NCBI GenBank assembly: GCA_965205025.1
Contig: CBDBFU010000014.1
Location: 288,001-352,000, forward strand
Length of the DNA stretch: 64,000 bases
Direction: 5' to 3'
From: Candidatus Poribacteria bacterium
Lineage (GTDB): Bacteria > Poribacteria > WGA-4E > WGA-3G
The stretch's first letter is position 1; each line of letters opens with the position of its first letter. Both the position numbers and the translations under genes were made by a program. Positions 11,226 to 21,416 of this stretch are shown piece after piece. The notes beneath the pieces were generated by a model. It was not told where the DNA came from and ran no database searches. It was given only the letters and a program-made list of their open reading frames with translations.

Positions 11226-13742
11226 CTACTTAATTATTAACATACGTCGGGTTGCTGTATATTCTCCAGCAGACATAGTACATAAATAAATACCACTTGC
11301 AACTGATTCACCTGCTTTATTCTTTCCATCCCAATATACTGCTTCGTGTCTACTATGATACTCACCAGCAGGTTTATACCCTAAATCTATATGTTTTACT
11401 AACTGACCATTGGATGTATAGATCTGTATGGAAACATCTGTCGGTTTTGCTAACTGGAATGGAATCCAAGTTTCTGGATTGAAGGGATTAGGATAATTTG
11501 GCAATAGAGTAGTCTCTTTTGGTGTAAGTACTACCAAGAGTTGTTTAAGTAAAGCTACTCCTCTTCGGTAGTTGTCTGACACATTATTGGAATTCTGTGC
11601 TTGATTTAGCCACATTTTAACCGTTTCAGCAGAGAGTTTATTGTTAGGCTTAGAAGCCACAATTGGAGCACTATCTGTATTCGCAATCGCTCCTGCAACA
11701 AGCACAATATCAGTAGCATCAACAACACCGTCGTTGTTAATATCTGCGATATTCTCAGTTCCAATCTTTCCAAATTGTGATGCCACATAGATAAGGTCGT
11801 GTATATCCACAACACCATCACTGTTAACATCTTCTGGTATTATTGCAATCTCTTCTTCTACACCGTTAATAGATTTCCAATCCCAGACTAATGCTGTTCC
11901 ATCTGAACTCACACTCACGAAACTGCGTCCATCTGTGCTGAAGGAAATACCATCAATCCTTCCATAATGACCAAATAACGGAGGTAGTGGTTCACCCGAA
12001 GGTACATCCCATAAACGTATAAGGTTATCTCTATCACCGACACTTGCGAGTGTCTCTCCATTAGGACTAAACGCAACACTTGAAACCCAACTGGGATGTC
12101 CGATTAGTTGTCTAATTTGTTTGCCAGTATTAACATCCCATAAGATCACTGAACTATCTTTACTTCCACTGGCAATTAAATTCCCTTTAGGACTGTATGC
12201 AACACTACGCACATCAGCAGTATGCCCTATAAATGTTGTAATCAATTCCTCATTTTCAACATTCCAAAGGCGAACAGTATCATCCAGACTTCCACTTACG
12301 AGATAACGACTATCAGGACTGAATGCAATAGAATAAATGCCTTCACTATGTCCAATAAGTGTTCCTTTGTGTGTACGACCTGAATGCCATAATTGTACTG
12401 TACCTTCACTACTTGCACTTGCAAGATATTTCCCGTCAGGACTATAGGCAATTGATATAATACCATAACCAGATGCCGAATTACCTGAATAGCCCTTGAG
12501 AGTTGCAATGGGTACTCCTTGATTTAGATTCCATAAACGTATAGACCATCCAATTTCACTTGCAAGTGTTTGACCATCTTGACTAAATGCCATTTTCCAG
12601 ATATTCTCATTAGGTTCATAGAGTGTTGTCATATATTCCCCAGTGGTAATATCCCATAGATGAATTACATCTCGACCACCAGTAGCAACTGTACGATTAT
12701 TTGGAGATATCGCAAGTCCATTTAGATAAGTAGTATGTCCAGGTATTGATAAAATCCTTGCCCCTGTCATCACATCCCAAAAAAACAACTCTCCATGTCC
12801 TCCACTTACTAATGTTTGACCGTCAGGACTGAATGCAATAGTTGAAATATCATAGGTATGTGATGTCAGTTCAAATAGTTTTTCCTTAGATTCGAAATCC
12901 CATAAGGAAAGATTATCGATTCTGGAAATGGCAATTAATGAACCGTCTGGACTAAAAGTACAATTATAGTAGAGAGGTATAGTTGCCTCTCCAAGAAAAC
13001 TCCCAGTTGCTATATTCCATTCATATACCCTATTACTATTGTAACCCACCCCGGCAATAATGTTGCTATTCGGATAGAATATGACTCGTGCAACTCCGTC
13101 ATAATGTTTTTTAAATGTGTGCCTGTTTTCGCCTGTCGCTATATCCCATATACGTACAGACCTATCCCAACTGCTGGTTACAAGTGTTTTACCATCTGAA
13201 CTAAAAGCCATGGATGTAATAGTATCTGTGTGTCCTTCAAAAGTGGTTTTCGTTACTCCGGTGTTAACATCCCTTAGAGTCATTGAATAGTCTTTCAGAG
13301 AATAGGATGAATTTGCACTTACAAGTGAATTTCTATCCGGACTAAAAATAACAGATCTAATAGAATTACCATATAGCGGTATACTCTTCACTATATTCCA
13401 TGTTGAAGTGTCGACTATATGAACAGAATCAACTCCATCAAAATATGAGAGTGTACTACCATCAGGACTAAATTCTAACATATCTATCTGTGAATCCTCA
13501 TCAGTGAACAGTCTTAATGTCTTACCAGTGTAGGCATCATAGATCCATATCCCTATAGAACTGTCTACTGCAATATACTCTCCATTCGGGGCATACAGAA
13601 CCTTTTGGATTCTCCCTTTACCCAGACGATATTTCGCGCCTTCAGGTAAATCCCATTGCGTATAATCCTGTGCATAGCAGGATGTTAGAAAATGGATTGA
13701 AATTAAGAGTATTAGAATGATAGAAACCAAAGAAATCTTCAT
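11226..13742 (-). CDS. Secreted WD40-dockerin-CTD protein (paralogue 4, type B2)
   Basis: Same architecture; GNSASGYGI and HSGRTHKGTL. Confidence 0.93.
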   Translation of the reverse strand: MKISLVSIILILLISIHFLTSCYAQDYTQWDLPEGAKYRLGKGRIQKVLYAPNGEYIAVDSSIGIWIYDAYTGKTLRLFTDEDSQIDMLEFSPDGSTLSYFDGVDSVHIVDTSTWNIVKSIPLYGNSIRSVIFSPDRNSLVSANSSYSLKDYSMTLRDVNTGVTKTTFEGHTDTITSMAFSSDGKTLVTSSWDRSVRIWDIATGENRHTFKKHYDGVARVIFYPNSNIIAGVGYNSNRVYEWNIATGSFLGEATIPLYYNCTFSPDGSLIAISRIDNLSLWDFESKEKLFELTSHTYDISTIAFSPDGQTLVSGGHGELFFWDVMTGARILSIPGHTTYLNGLAISPNNRTVATGGRDVIHLWDITTGEYMTTLYEPNENIWKMAFSQDGQTLASEIGWSIRLWNLNQGVPIATLKGYSGNSASGYGIISIAYSPDGKYLASASSEGTVQLWHSGRTHKGTLIGHSEGIYSIAFSPDSRYLVSGSLDDTVRLWNVENEELITTFIGHTADVRSVAYSPKGNLIASGSKDSSVILWDVNTGKQIRQLIGHPSWVSSVAFSPNGETLASVGDRDNLIRLWDVPSGEPLPPLFGHYGRIDGISFSTDGRSFVSVSSDGTALVWDWKSINGVEEEIAIIPEDVNSDGVVDIHDLIYVASQFGKIGTENIADINNDGVVDATDIVLVAGAIANTDSAPIVASKPNNKLSAETVKMWLNQAQNSNNVSDNYRRGVALLKQLLVVLTPKETTLLPNYPNPFNPETWIPFQLAKPTDVSIQIYTSNGQLVKHIDLGYKPAGEYHSRHEAVYWDGKNKAGESVASGIYLCTMSAGEYTATRRMLIIK

Positions 13743-13752
13743 ATTATATTAT

Positions 13753-16293
13753 CTATTTTTTTATTACCATTTGTCGTGTGGCACTGAATTTTCCTGCAGT
13801 AAATTCATAGAAATACATCCCACTCGCGACGGGTTCACCCAGTTCATTCTTTCCATCCCAATAAGCAGCTCGGGAACGGGAATGGTATAGTCCTGGTTGT
13901 TGATGTCCTATTTGTAATTGTCGAATCAATTGACCATTTGTTGAATAAATTCGTATTGTTACATCTGATGGTTCAGATAGTTGATAGGGTATCCATGTTT
14001 CTGGATTGAATGGATTAGGGTAGTTTGGTAGGAGAGTTGTCATTTTGGGAGTAAATGACTTCAAGAGTTGTTCAAGAAAGATAATCCCCTTGTGTATAGC
14101 GGGGTTGCTATTCTTAAGTTGTTGTGCATCAGTTATCCATTGTTGAATAGATTCAGCAGTTAGATTTGTGGTTGTTACCGGTATGGATGGGGCACCATCT
14201 CCAATGTTAATAGCTGCTGCAACAGCAATTAAATCTGCGATATTTACAACACCGTCTCTATTTACATCAGCAAGATTTTCTCCTGTTTTTCCGAAATTAG
14301 CAGCAACCAACACTAAGTCGTTAATATCTACAACACCATCCGAATTGATGTCAACGATATGTGTGGGTTTTTCAATTGCAAATGGGTAATTCCACAAGTA
14401 TATTACACCACCATAACCTGTTGTTGCGAGAGTTTTTCCATCTGGACTAAATATGAGATGACATACCTTATCCGGATTACTGGTGATAGTAAATTTAAGC
14501 TCATTACTCACAAGATCCCAAAATCGAATTGTATTGTCATCAAAAAAACTTGCCGTAGCAAGAGTTTTTCCATCCAGACTAAAAGCAGGAATTGTAAACC
14601 TTCCACTATGTCCTGTTTGTATGGTTCTATAGGCACCAGTCGATATATTCAATAGATGTATATCAGGATTCATACCCGATACTGCCAGAGTGCGACCATC
14701 AGGACTATATACCCCATAGGCATATCCTTCAGGTAGACCGGTATATAATGGAATTGGCTGCATAGTATTTAGGTCCCAGAACTGGATTCCTGACTTCCCC
14801 GCAGTTATGAATGTATTTCCATCTGGACTGAATGTAATGCTACCCATAGGATTATCTCTATCACCGCTAAGTGTCCAAAGTGGGTTCCCCGTTTTTACAT
14901 CCCAAAGAATGCTATCCCATTCAGATGTGCTTGTAAGGATTCTTCCATCCAGGCTAAATGACAAATTATGGATAGCAGAATAATGACCAATCATTGTTTT
15001 CTTATTTTTGCCTGAATCAACATCCCATAGTTTTATTGAAAAGTCATCAGAGTACCAACCATTTATTGAAGGACCTAAATCTCCTCCACTTGCAATGGTT
15101 TGACCATCAGGACTTATTGCGATACTTACAACAGAACTATTATGTCCAATAAATGTATTTAGATTTCTACCCGTTTCTGTATCCCATAATCGAACTGTTC
15201 TATCATTACTTCCACTCACAATAGTCTTTCCATCTGGAGTGAATGCCAATTCATTTATCCTACCATTATGTCCTGTTATTTTGGAGATCGTTTGAAAGTT
15301 TTGAGTATCCCACAATACAACTGTTCCATCCATACTACCAGATGCCAGAATATTGCCATTAGGACTAAATGCCACACTTACAACATCGTCTGTATGTTCT
15401 ATTAATGTCGTCAGATAGCTTCCATTAATTACATCCCATAAACAGATAGTTCTATCAATGCTCCCACTTGCCAACGTCTTCCCATCAGGACTAATAGCAA
15501 TACTTCTTACACCCCCTGTGTGTCCAATGAGTGTCTTTCTTAAAGAAGTTGATGCAACATCCCATAATTGAATCCTTTCGTCCCATCTACCTTTACAACT
15601 TGCTAAAGTACTTCCATCCGGATTGAAGACAATAATCATGTCCCATGCATTCGTTCCAGCATTAAAAGTTGTTCTGAGTTGACCTGTAGTAATATCCCAC
15701 AATTTCACTATATTCTTATCATCATCTTCTCCTGCGGAGGCTATTATATTGCCATCCGGACTGAATGAAATATTATAGACATCATCTAAATGTCCTGTCA
15801 GAGATGTTATTAACCTACCCGTAACACCATTCCATAACTTTACTGTCTCATCTCTCCAATCTCCACAAGTAGCAATTAGGTTCCCATCAGGACTAATAGC
15901 AACATCTGAAATGTCATTCTGATGAGCAGAAATAGTAAGTTTAAGTTTCCCTGAATCAACATCCCATAAATAAAATTCGGAAGCACTACTTCCCACGAGT
16001 GTTTTGTTATCTGGACTAAAAGCAATAGAACGGACAAATCCTACATTATTTGTAAGTAGGTCTAATTCCTCACCAGTTTGTCCATCATATATCCAGATTC
16101 CAATAGAACTTGCTACCGCAAGTCGAGTACTATCAGGAGAGAATACCATATTACCAGTTATATAACCTTTACCAATCCGTCTTTTTGCTCCATCAGGTAG
16201 TCCCCATTGCGAATAATTCTGTGAGAATGCAGTTGACAAAAATGGTATTGAAATTAAGAATAATATGGTAATCAAGAGTCGTCGTGTATTCAT
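13753..16293 (-). CDS. Secreted WD40-dockerin-CTD protein (paralogue 5, type A1)
   Basis: Same architecture; closest to paralogue 1 by shared motifs. Confidence 0.93.
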   Translation of the reverse strand: MNTRRLLITILFLISIPFLSTAFSQNYSQWGLPDGAKRRIGKGYITGNMVFSPDSTRLAVASSIGIWIYDGQTGEELDLLTNNVGFVRSIAFSPDNKTLVGSSASEFYLWDVDSGKLKLTISAHQNDISDVAISPDGNLIATCGDWRDETVKLWNGVTGRLITSLTGHLDDVYNISFSPDGNIIASAGEDDDKNIVKLWDITTGQLRTTFNAGTNAWDMIIVFNPDGSTLASCKGRWDERIQLWDVASTSLRKTLIGHTGGVRSIAISPDGKTLASGSIDRTICLWDVINGSYLTTLIEHTDDVVSVAFSPNGNILASGSMDGTVVLWDTQNFQTISKITGHNGRINELAFTPDGKTIVSGSNDRTVRLWDTETGRNLNTFIGHNSSVVSIAISPDGQTIASGGDLGPSINGWYSDDFSIKLWDVDSGKNKKTMIGHYSAIHNLSFSLDGRILTSTSEWDSILWDVKTGNPLWTLSGDRDNPMGSITFSPDGNTFITAGKSGIQFWDLNTMQPIPLYTGLPEGYAYGVYSPDGRTLAVSGMNPDIHLLNISTGAYRTIQTGHSGRFTIPAFSLDGKTLATASFFDDNTIRFWDLVSNELKFTITSNPDKVCHLIFSPDGKTLATTGYGGVIYLWNYPFAIEKPTHIVDINSDGVVDINDLVLVAANFGKTGENLADVNRDGVVNIADLIAVAAAINIGDGAPSIPVTTTNLTAESIQQWITDAQQLKNSNPAIHKGIIFLEQLLKSFTPKMTTLLPNYPNPFNPETWIPYQLSEPSDVTIRIYSTNGQLIRQLQIGHQQPGLYHSRSRAAYWDGKNELGEPVASGMYFYEFTAGKFSATRQMVIKK

Positions 16294-16304
16294 GGGAAGA
16301 TCTC

Positions 16305-18800
16305 CTATTTTCGTATAACCATGCGTTTTGTTGCCATATAGTTTCCAGCAGATAAAGTATAAAAGTATACGCCACTTGCCACAGGTTCACCATGTTGATT
16401 TTTTCCATCCCAATATGCTGCCCGACTTTGATCTTGATAAACCCCAGCAGGTTTAGACCCTAATTCAAGCGTGCGAATCACTTGGCCGTTTGCTGAATAG
16501 ATTTTTATTATTGGGTTTGTAGCATTTGCCAACTGATATGGAATCCATGTTTCTGGATTAAAAGGATTCGGGTAATTTGACAATAACATGGTTTGATGAG
16601 GAGTTAAGTGTACTAACAGTTGTTCAAGAAAATTGATTCCCTGATGGTAGATTGCGTTATTCTGCATTTGCATTGCCTGGTCAATCCACTCTTGAACTAT
16701 ATTTGAAGTAAGATAATATTCAGATTTAGGAAGTATTAATGGCGCGGCATTCTTATTTGTAATAGCAGCTGCAACTAATAAAATATCAGCGATGTTCACT
16801 ACACCATCATTATTAATATCCGCGTCATTTTTTGTTACTGAATTACCAAATTGAGATGCAACATAAATGAGATCCTGCACATCTACAACTCCATCCCTAT
16901 TGACATCTTCGGAAAGGATAACTGGTTGATTTTCCGTTCCGATTATTGCGTTATAATTCCAAATTAGTATTTCACCATCCCAATTTCCTGTAGCAAATGT
17001 ATCACCATCCGGACTAAAATATAGCAGACGCGGACCTATTCTATGGCCATTTAGAATCTTCCTCTGCACACCAGTGGCAACATCCCAGAGCCTAATTGAT
17101 GGATCTTCACTACCAGCACAACTGACAAGTATTTTTCCGTCATGACTGAATGCGAGACTTTGTATTCCATCGGTATGTCCGGACAAGGTGGAAATCGGTA
17201 GTCCAGTGACAGTATCCCAAAGAATAATAGTTGTATCATCACTTCCACTGGCAACAATACTTGCATCGTGATTAATAGCGACATAGTTTACATTGTCAGT
17301 ATGTCCCTTGTAGGTATGTATTTCAGTTGCGGTGTCAACATCCCATAGACGGACAGTATTATCTTTGCTTCCACTCGCAAGTAAGGTGCTATCATCACTG
17401 ATGGCTACAGATGTCACCTCATCTGAATGTCCAATTAATGTTGATTCATAGGTGCGTCCCTTAAAGAATAAATGTACTAACCAATTACTATTTCCTGCAG
17501 CAAGGTATTGACCATCTCGACTGTAGGCAATTGAAGTATATCCAGAGTAGGTGACAGGAGCATGTGATGTCACTCTCCTTGCATAGACAGTTGCTTTATA
17601 TACATAGGTAGACAAGTCCCATAGAACAATTCTGAAGTCATTACTTGCAAGAGTTGTACCGTCAGGACTAAAAGCTAAATCCGAATATGTTGAATGATGT
17701 CCTGCAAATATCAAAGCCTTAGTTTTACCAGTATTTAGATCCCAAAAATATATTTTTTCACGATTAGATGCCGCAAGTGTAGTTCCATCTGGACTGAGAG
17801 CCATACCCCAAGCATGTAAATGACCATCAATTGATAACAAACGTCTTTTACTTTCTGTATCCCAAATGAATAATTCTTCTGCCCCACTACTGGCAATGTA
17901 GGAACCATCTCGACTAAATGCTATTCTGGAAACTCCTCTAATATGACCACCAAGTTTGGCAATATATGCACCGGTGATGGCATCAAATAGGTGTAAACCG
18001 TCATACCCTCCAACAGCTAAGATTTTACCATCTGGACTCAATGCGATGCACTGAGCAGACATAGTGTCAATCTTCTGTTTTATTTTTCCAGATTCTGTAT
18101 CCCATAACTCAACCGTATCATTCCGATTGGCAGTAATCACCGTGTTACTATCAGGTGTAAAAACAAGATTCTCACTCCCATAAACATATCTTGATAATTT
18201 TGCTGTCTCAATTCCAGTAGCTATATCCCATAAACGTATGGTACTATCAAAACCTATGGTAGCCATCGTCTTACCATCGGAATTAAAAACGATCGTCCTG
18301 AACCGACCATTTGGCAACTCAAGTCTTGTCAATTGTTTTCCAGTAATAGTATCCCATAGATAGATCTTATCACTAAATATCCCAGCAAGTATTTGTCCAT
18401 CTGGACTGAAAACCACCTCACGAATTCCTTCTGGATCTCCGACTAATGACACATTGAAATTGGGATTGAGCAAGTCGCGTATTTTGAGTGTATTAGATGA
18501 ATCAGAAATAACATAAGCATTTGAATATGGACTCACTCCAAGAATCTGAGAAGAATATTCTGCGATAAAGTCAAGTTCTGTTCCAGTGCTGACATCATAG
18601 CTCCATAGTCCTATACCTGTGTCCACAATTAAACGGTTACTATCATGTGAGAATGTTATATTCTGTACTGTCCCTTTCCCTATACGAGATATAGCACCTT
18701 CGGGTAAATCCCATTGATGATAATTTTGAGCGTTGGTGTTTATGGGAAAAAGAATTAAAATGAATAATAAAGATAGTATGTTAAATTCTAACACTTTCAT
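16305..18800 (-). CDS. Secreted WD40-dockerin-CTD protein (paralogue 6, type B1)
   Basis: Same architecture; closest to paralogue 2 by shared motifs. Confidence 0.93.
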   Translation of the reverse strand: MKVLEFNILSLLFILILFPINTNAQNYHQWDLPEGAISRIGKGTVQNITFSHDSNRLIVDTGIGLWSYDVSTGTELDFIAEYSSQILGVSPYSNAYVISDSSNTLKIRDLLNPNFNVSLVGDPEGIREVVFSPDGQILAGIFSDKIYLWDTITGKQLTRLELPNGRFRTIVFNSDGKTMATIGFDSTIRLWDIATGIETAKLSRYVYGSENLVFTPDSNTVITANRNDTVELWDTESGKIKQKIDTMSAQCIALSPDGKILAVGGYDGLHLFDAITGAYIAKLGGHIRGVSRIAFSRDGSYIASSGAEELFIWDTESKRRLLSIDGHLHAWGMALSPDGTTLAASNREKIYFWDLNTGKTKALIFAGHHSTYSDLAFSPDGTTLASNDFRIVLWDLSTYVYKATVYARRVTSHAPVTYSGYTSIAYSRDGQYLAAGNSNWLVHLFFKGRTYESTLIGHSDEVTSVAISDDSTLLASGSKDNTVRLWDVDTATEIHTYKGHTDNVNYVAINHDASIVASGSDDTTIILWDTVTGLPISTLSGHTDGIQSLAFSHDGKILVSCAGSEDPSIRLWDVATGVQRKILNGHRIGPRLLYFSPDGDTFATGNWDGEILIWNYNAIIGTENQPVILSEDVNRDGVVDVQDLIYVASQFGNSVTKNDADINNDGVVNIADILLVAAAITNKNAAPLILPKSEYYLTSNIVQEWIDQAMQMQNNAIYHQGINFLEQLLVHLTPHQTMLLSNYPNPFNPETWIPYQLANATNPIIKIYSANGQVIRTLELGSKPAGVYQDQSRAAYWDGKNQHGEPVASGVYFYTLSAGNYMATKRMVIRK

Positions 18801-18810
18801 TTTATGACTC

Positions 18811-21342
18811 CTATTTTCGTATTACCATTCTTTTTGTAGATGAGTAATTACCAGCTGCAAATTCGTAGATATATATACCACTTGCCACAGGTTCACCTAT
18901 TTCATTCTTACCATCCCAATACCCTGCACGAGTACGATCTTGATATAACCCAGGTTGTTGATGTCCTAATGAAATATTCTTTATCAATAGACCATCTGCT
19001 GAATAAATCCTGATGGATACATCCGTTGATTCAGATAGCTGATATGGAAACCATGTTTCAGGATTGAATGGATTAGGATAGTTTGGTAGGAGTAGAGTTT
19101 TCTTTGGAGTTAAGTCAATCAGAAGTTGCTCCAAAAACATTTTCCCTTTTTGTGTTGTTGGATTAATTATATTCAGTGATTGAGCTTGTTTAATCCAGCG
19201 TTGCACATCTAAAGTTGTAATTGGTAGATTAGGATTTTGTGTAGAGATTGATGGAGCTGCTGCATTTCCTAATTCTGCGGCAATCTGTATGAGATCCGCT
19301 ATGTTTACGATACCATCACCATTAATGTCTGCTATATTCGGTCCTGTCTTACCAAAGTTTGCAGCAACGACAATTAAATCGTAGACATCCACAATACCAT
19401 CCCCATTTACATCTGTTATTAAGTATGTCGGAGTTATAATCGAATTGTATTCCCATAATAGAATAGTACCATCTTTACTTCCGGATACAAGTGTTTGTCC
19501 ATCAGGACTTATTGAAACATCAACAATCCCATTCGTGTGTCCTGATAAGGTATGTTTTAGTACTCCACTATTTACATCCCATAAATATAATGATGGATTA
19601 GCGATATTTCCTCCCGCAATCACGGTCTGACCATCAGAACTGAATGTTATACTACTGACAACTTCCGGACTGTCTGGTAGAATTTTCTGTTCCCCAGAAA
19701 CGACATTCCATAGTATAACTTTATGGTAAGCTCCTCCACTTGTTAATGTTCTTCCATTAGGACTGAACGCAAGGGCATTCACTCTATTTGAATGACCAGT
19801 ATATTCTTCAATCTGGCTATAATTTATGAGACTCCACAGTCGAATTTTTCCATGACTGTTCCCTGATGCCAACGTATAACCATCAGGACTGAAAGCAAGA
19901 CTTAAAATAGGATCATTGTGTGTATTGTTAGTAAAATCGGTTAGTGTCGCATAATTATTACCTGTGACAGTGTTATACAAATATATGTCATCACTGTCAC
20001 CAGCAGATGCAAGGATTTTACCATCTGGACTGAATATAACTTTATTTATAACATTTGTATATCCCAGAACTATTTTGCTTAATCTTCCATTCTCAGCATC
20101 CCATAATCGGACAGTAGGATCATCATAACTGCTACTACTAACTACTGTCCTACCATCAGGACTAAAATCAACCGATTTAATCCTTGCAATATGTCCAGTA
20201 AGGGTATATATACCTTCACCGGTTAGAGTATCCAATATCCTTACTTTACTATCCCAACTTCCTAATATAAGCATCTTACTATTAGGACTTATTGCCATAG
20301 TCGAAATATTTGGAATGTGTCCTGTGATTATCTTCTTCGGTTCAAGACTGTCAGCATCGCGAATTATAATAGTGCCATCCCAACTACCACTGATAAGTGT
20401 CTTACCATCCGAACTAAAGGCAACATTTATAACTGAAGTAGGATGTTCAAGCAATGTTGTCTTGTACTTATAAGAAGGAACATCCCATAATACTATTGTC
20501 CCATCATTACCACAACTTACAAGCGTCTGACCGTCAACACTGAATGTAATACTATTGACACCTTGTGTATGTCCAGTTAATGTGGTTATCAGTTCATCAT
20601 TAACAGTATCCCAAATACGAATTGTGTTATCTAAAAACCCTGCACAACTTGCCAAGATTTTTCCATCAGGACTAAAAGCAAGATCGTTAATATCACCTGT
20701 ATGTCCTATGTAAGTTGTTTTTAGTGTACCAGTAGCAACATCCCATAACTTTATCAAAGACTCCTTCCATTCTGTTCCAGTTGCAAGAGTTTTTCCATCA
20801 GGACTAAATGCAAGGCTTGAGATTTTTTCTGTCTCATCAATATTGATTGAACTGACTTCTCCAGATGCTACATCCCAAATTCGTACAGTTCTATCGTTCC
20901 AACCAGCAGAAGTTGCAAGAGTTTTTCCATCAGGACTAAAAGCAAGTTCGTTAATATCACCTGTATGTCCTAAGAATCGAGCTTTAATTACTCTATTGTT
21001 AACATCCCATAGTAATAATGATTCATCCGAACTCCCACTCGCGAGTGTGGTACCATCCGGACTAAAGGTAAGACCTGCTATGCTCGGGGCAGGCATACTC
21101 AATAGATCAAATTCAGCTCCCGTTTGAGCATCATATAGCCAGATTCCAATTGTAGTTGCAACTGCAAGGATGGAATTGTCAGGTGAAATTGCTATATCTC
21201 CAGAGATTCTACCTTTACCGATTCTAAGTTTCGCACCATCCGGTAAATGCCATCTCATATAATCTTCCGCATAACCCGTATGTGAAAAATAAATCATAAT
21301 AAGCAGTATTATTATTATATGTAAGTGTGTTCTTGATTTCAT
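18811..21342 (-). CDS. Secreted WD40-dockerin-CTD protein (paralogue 7, type A2)
   Basis: Same architecture; closest to paralogue 3 by shared motifs. Confidence 0.93.
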   Translation of the reverse strand: MKSRTHLHIIIILLIMIYFSHTGYAEDYMRWHLPDGAKLRIGKGRISGDIAISPDNSILAVATTIGIWLYDAQTGAEFDLLSMPAPSIAGLTFSPDGTTLASGSSDESLLLWDVNNRVIKARFLGHTGDINELAFSPDGKTLATSAGWNDRTVRIWDVASGEVSSINIDETEKISSLAFSPDGKTLATGTEWKESLIKLWDVATGTLKTTYIGHTGDINDLAFSPDGKILASCAGFLDNTIRIWDTVNDELITTLTGHTQGVNSITFSVDGQTLVSCGNDGTIVLWDVPSYKYKTTLLEHPTSVINVAFSSDGKTLISGSWDGTIIIRDADSLEPKKIITGHIPNISTMAISPNSKMLILGSWDSKVRILDTLTGEGIYTLTGHIARIKSVDFSPDGRTVVSSSSYDDPTVRLWDAENGRLSKIVLGYTNVINKVIFSPDGKILASAGDSDDIYLYNTVTGNNYATLTDFTNNTHNDPILSLAFSPDGYTLASGNSHGKIRLWSLINYSQIEEYTGHSNRVNALAFSPNGRTLTSGGAYHKVILWNVVSGEQKILPDSPEVVSSITFSSDGQTVIAGGNIANPSLYLWDVNSGVLKHTLSGHTNGIVDVSISPDGQTLVSGSKDGTILLWEYNSIITPTYLITDVNGDGIVDVYDLIVVAANFGKTGPNIADINGDGIVNIADLIQIAAELGNAAAPSISTQNPNLPITTLDVQRWIKQAQSLNIINPTTQKGKMFLEQLLIDLTPKKTLLLPNYPNPFNPETWFPYQLSESTDVSIRIYSADGLLIKNISLGHQQPGLYQDRTRAGYWDGKNEIGEPVASGIYIYEFAAGNYSSTKRMVIRK

Positions 21343-21416
21343 ATATAATCCTCAAGTTGTTCTAAATGACGATGTTGAAGTAATCTTACTGGGAACTCCA
21401 TGCTACTGAATTAAAA

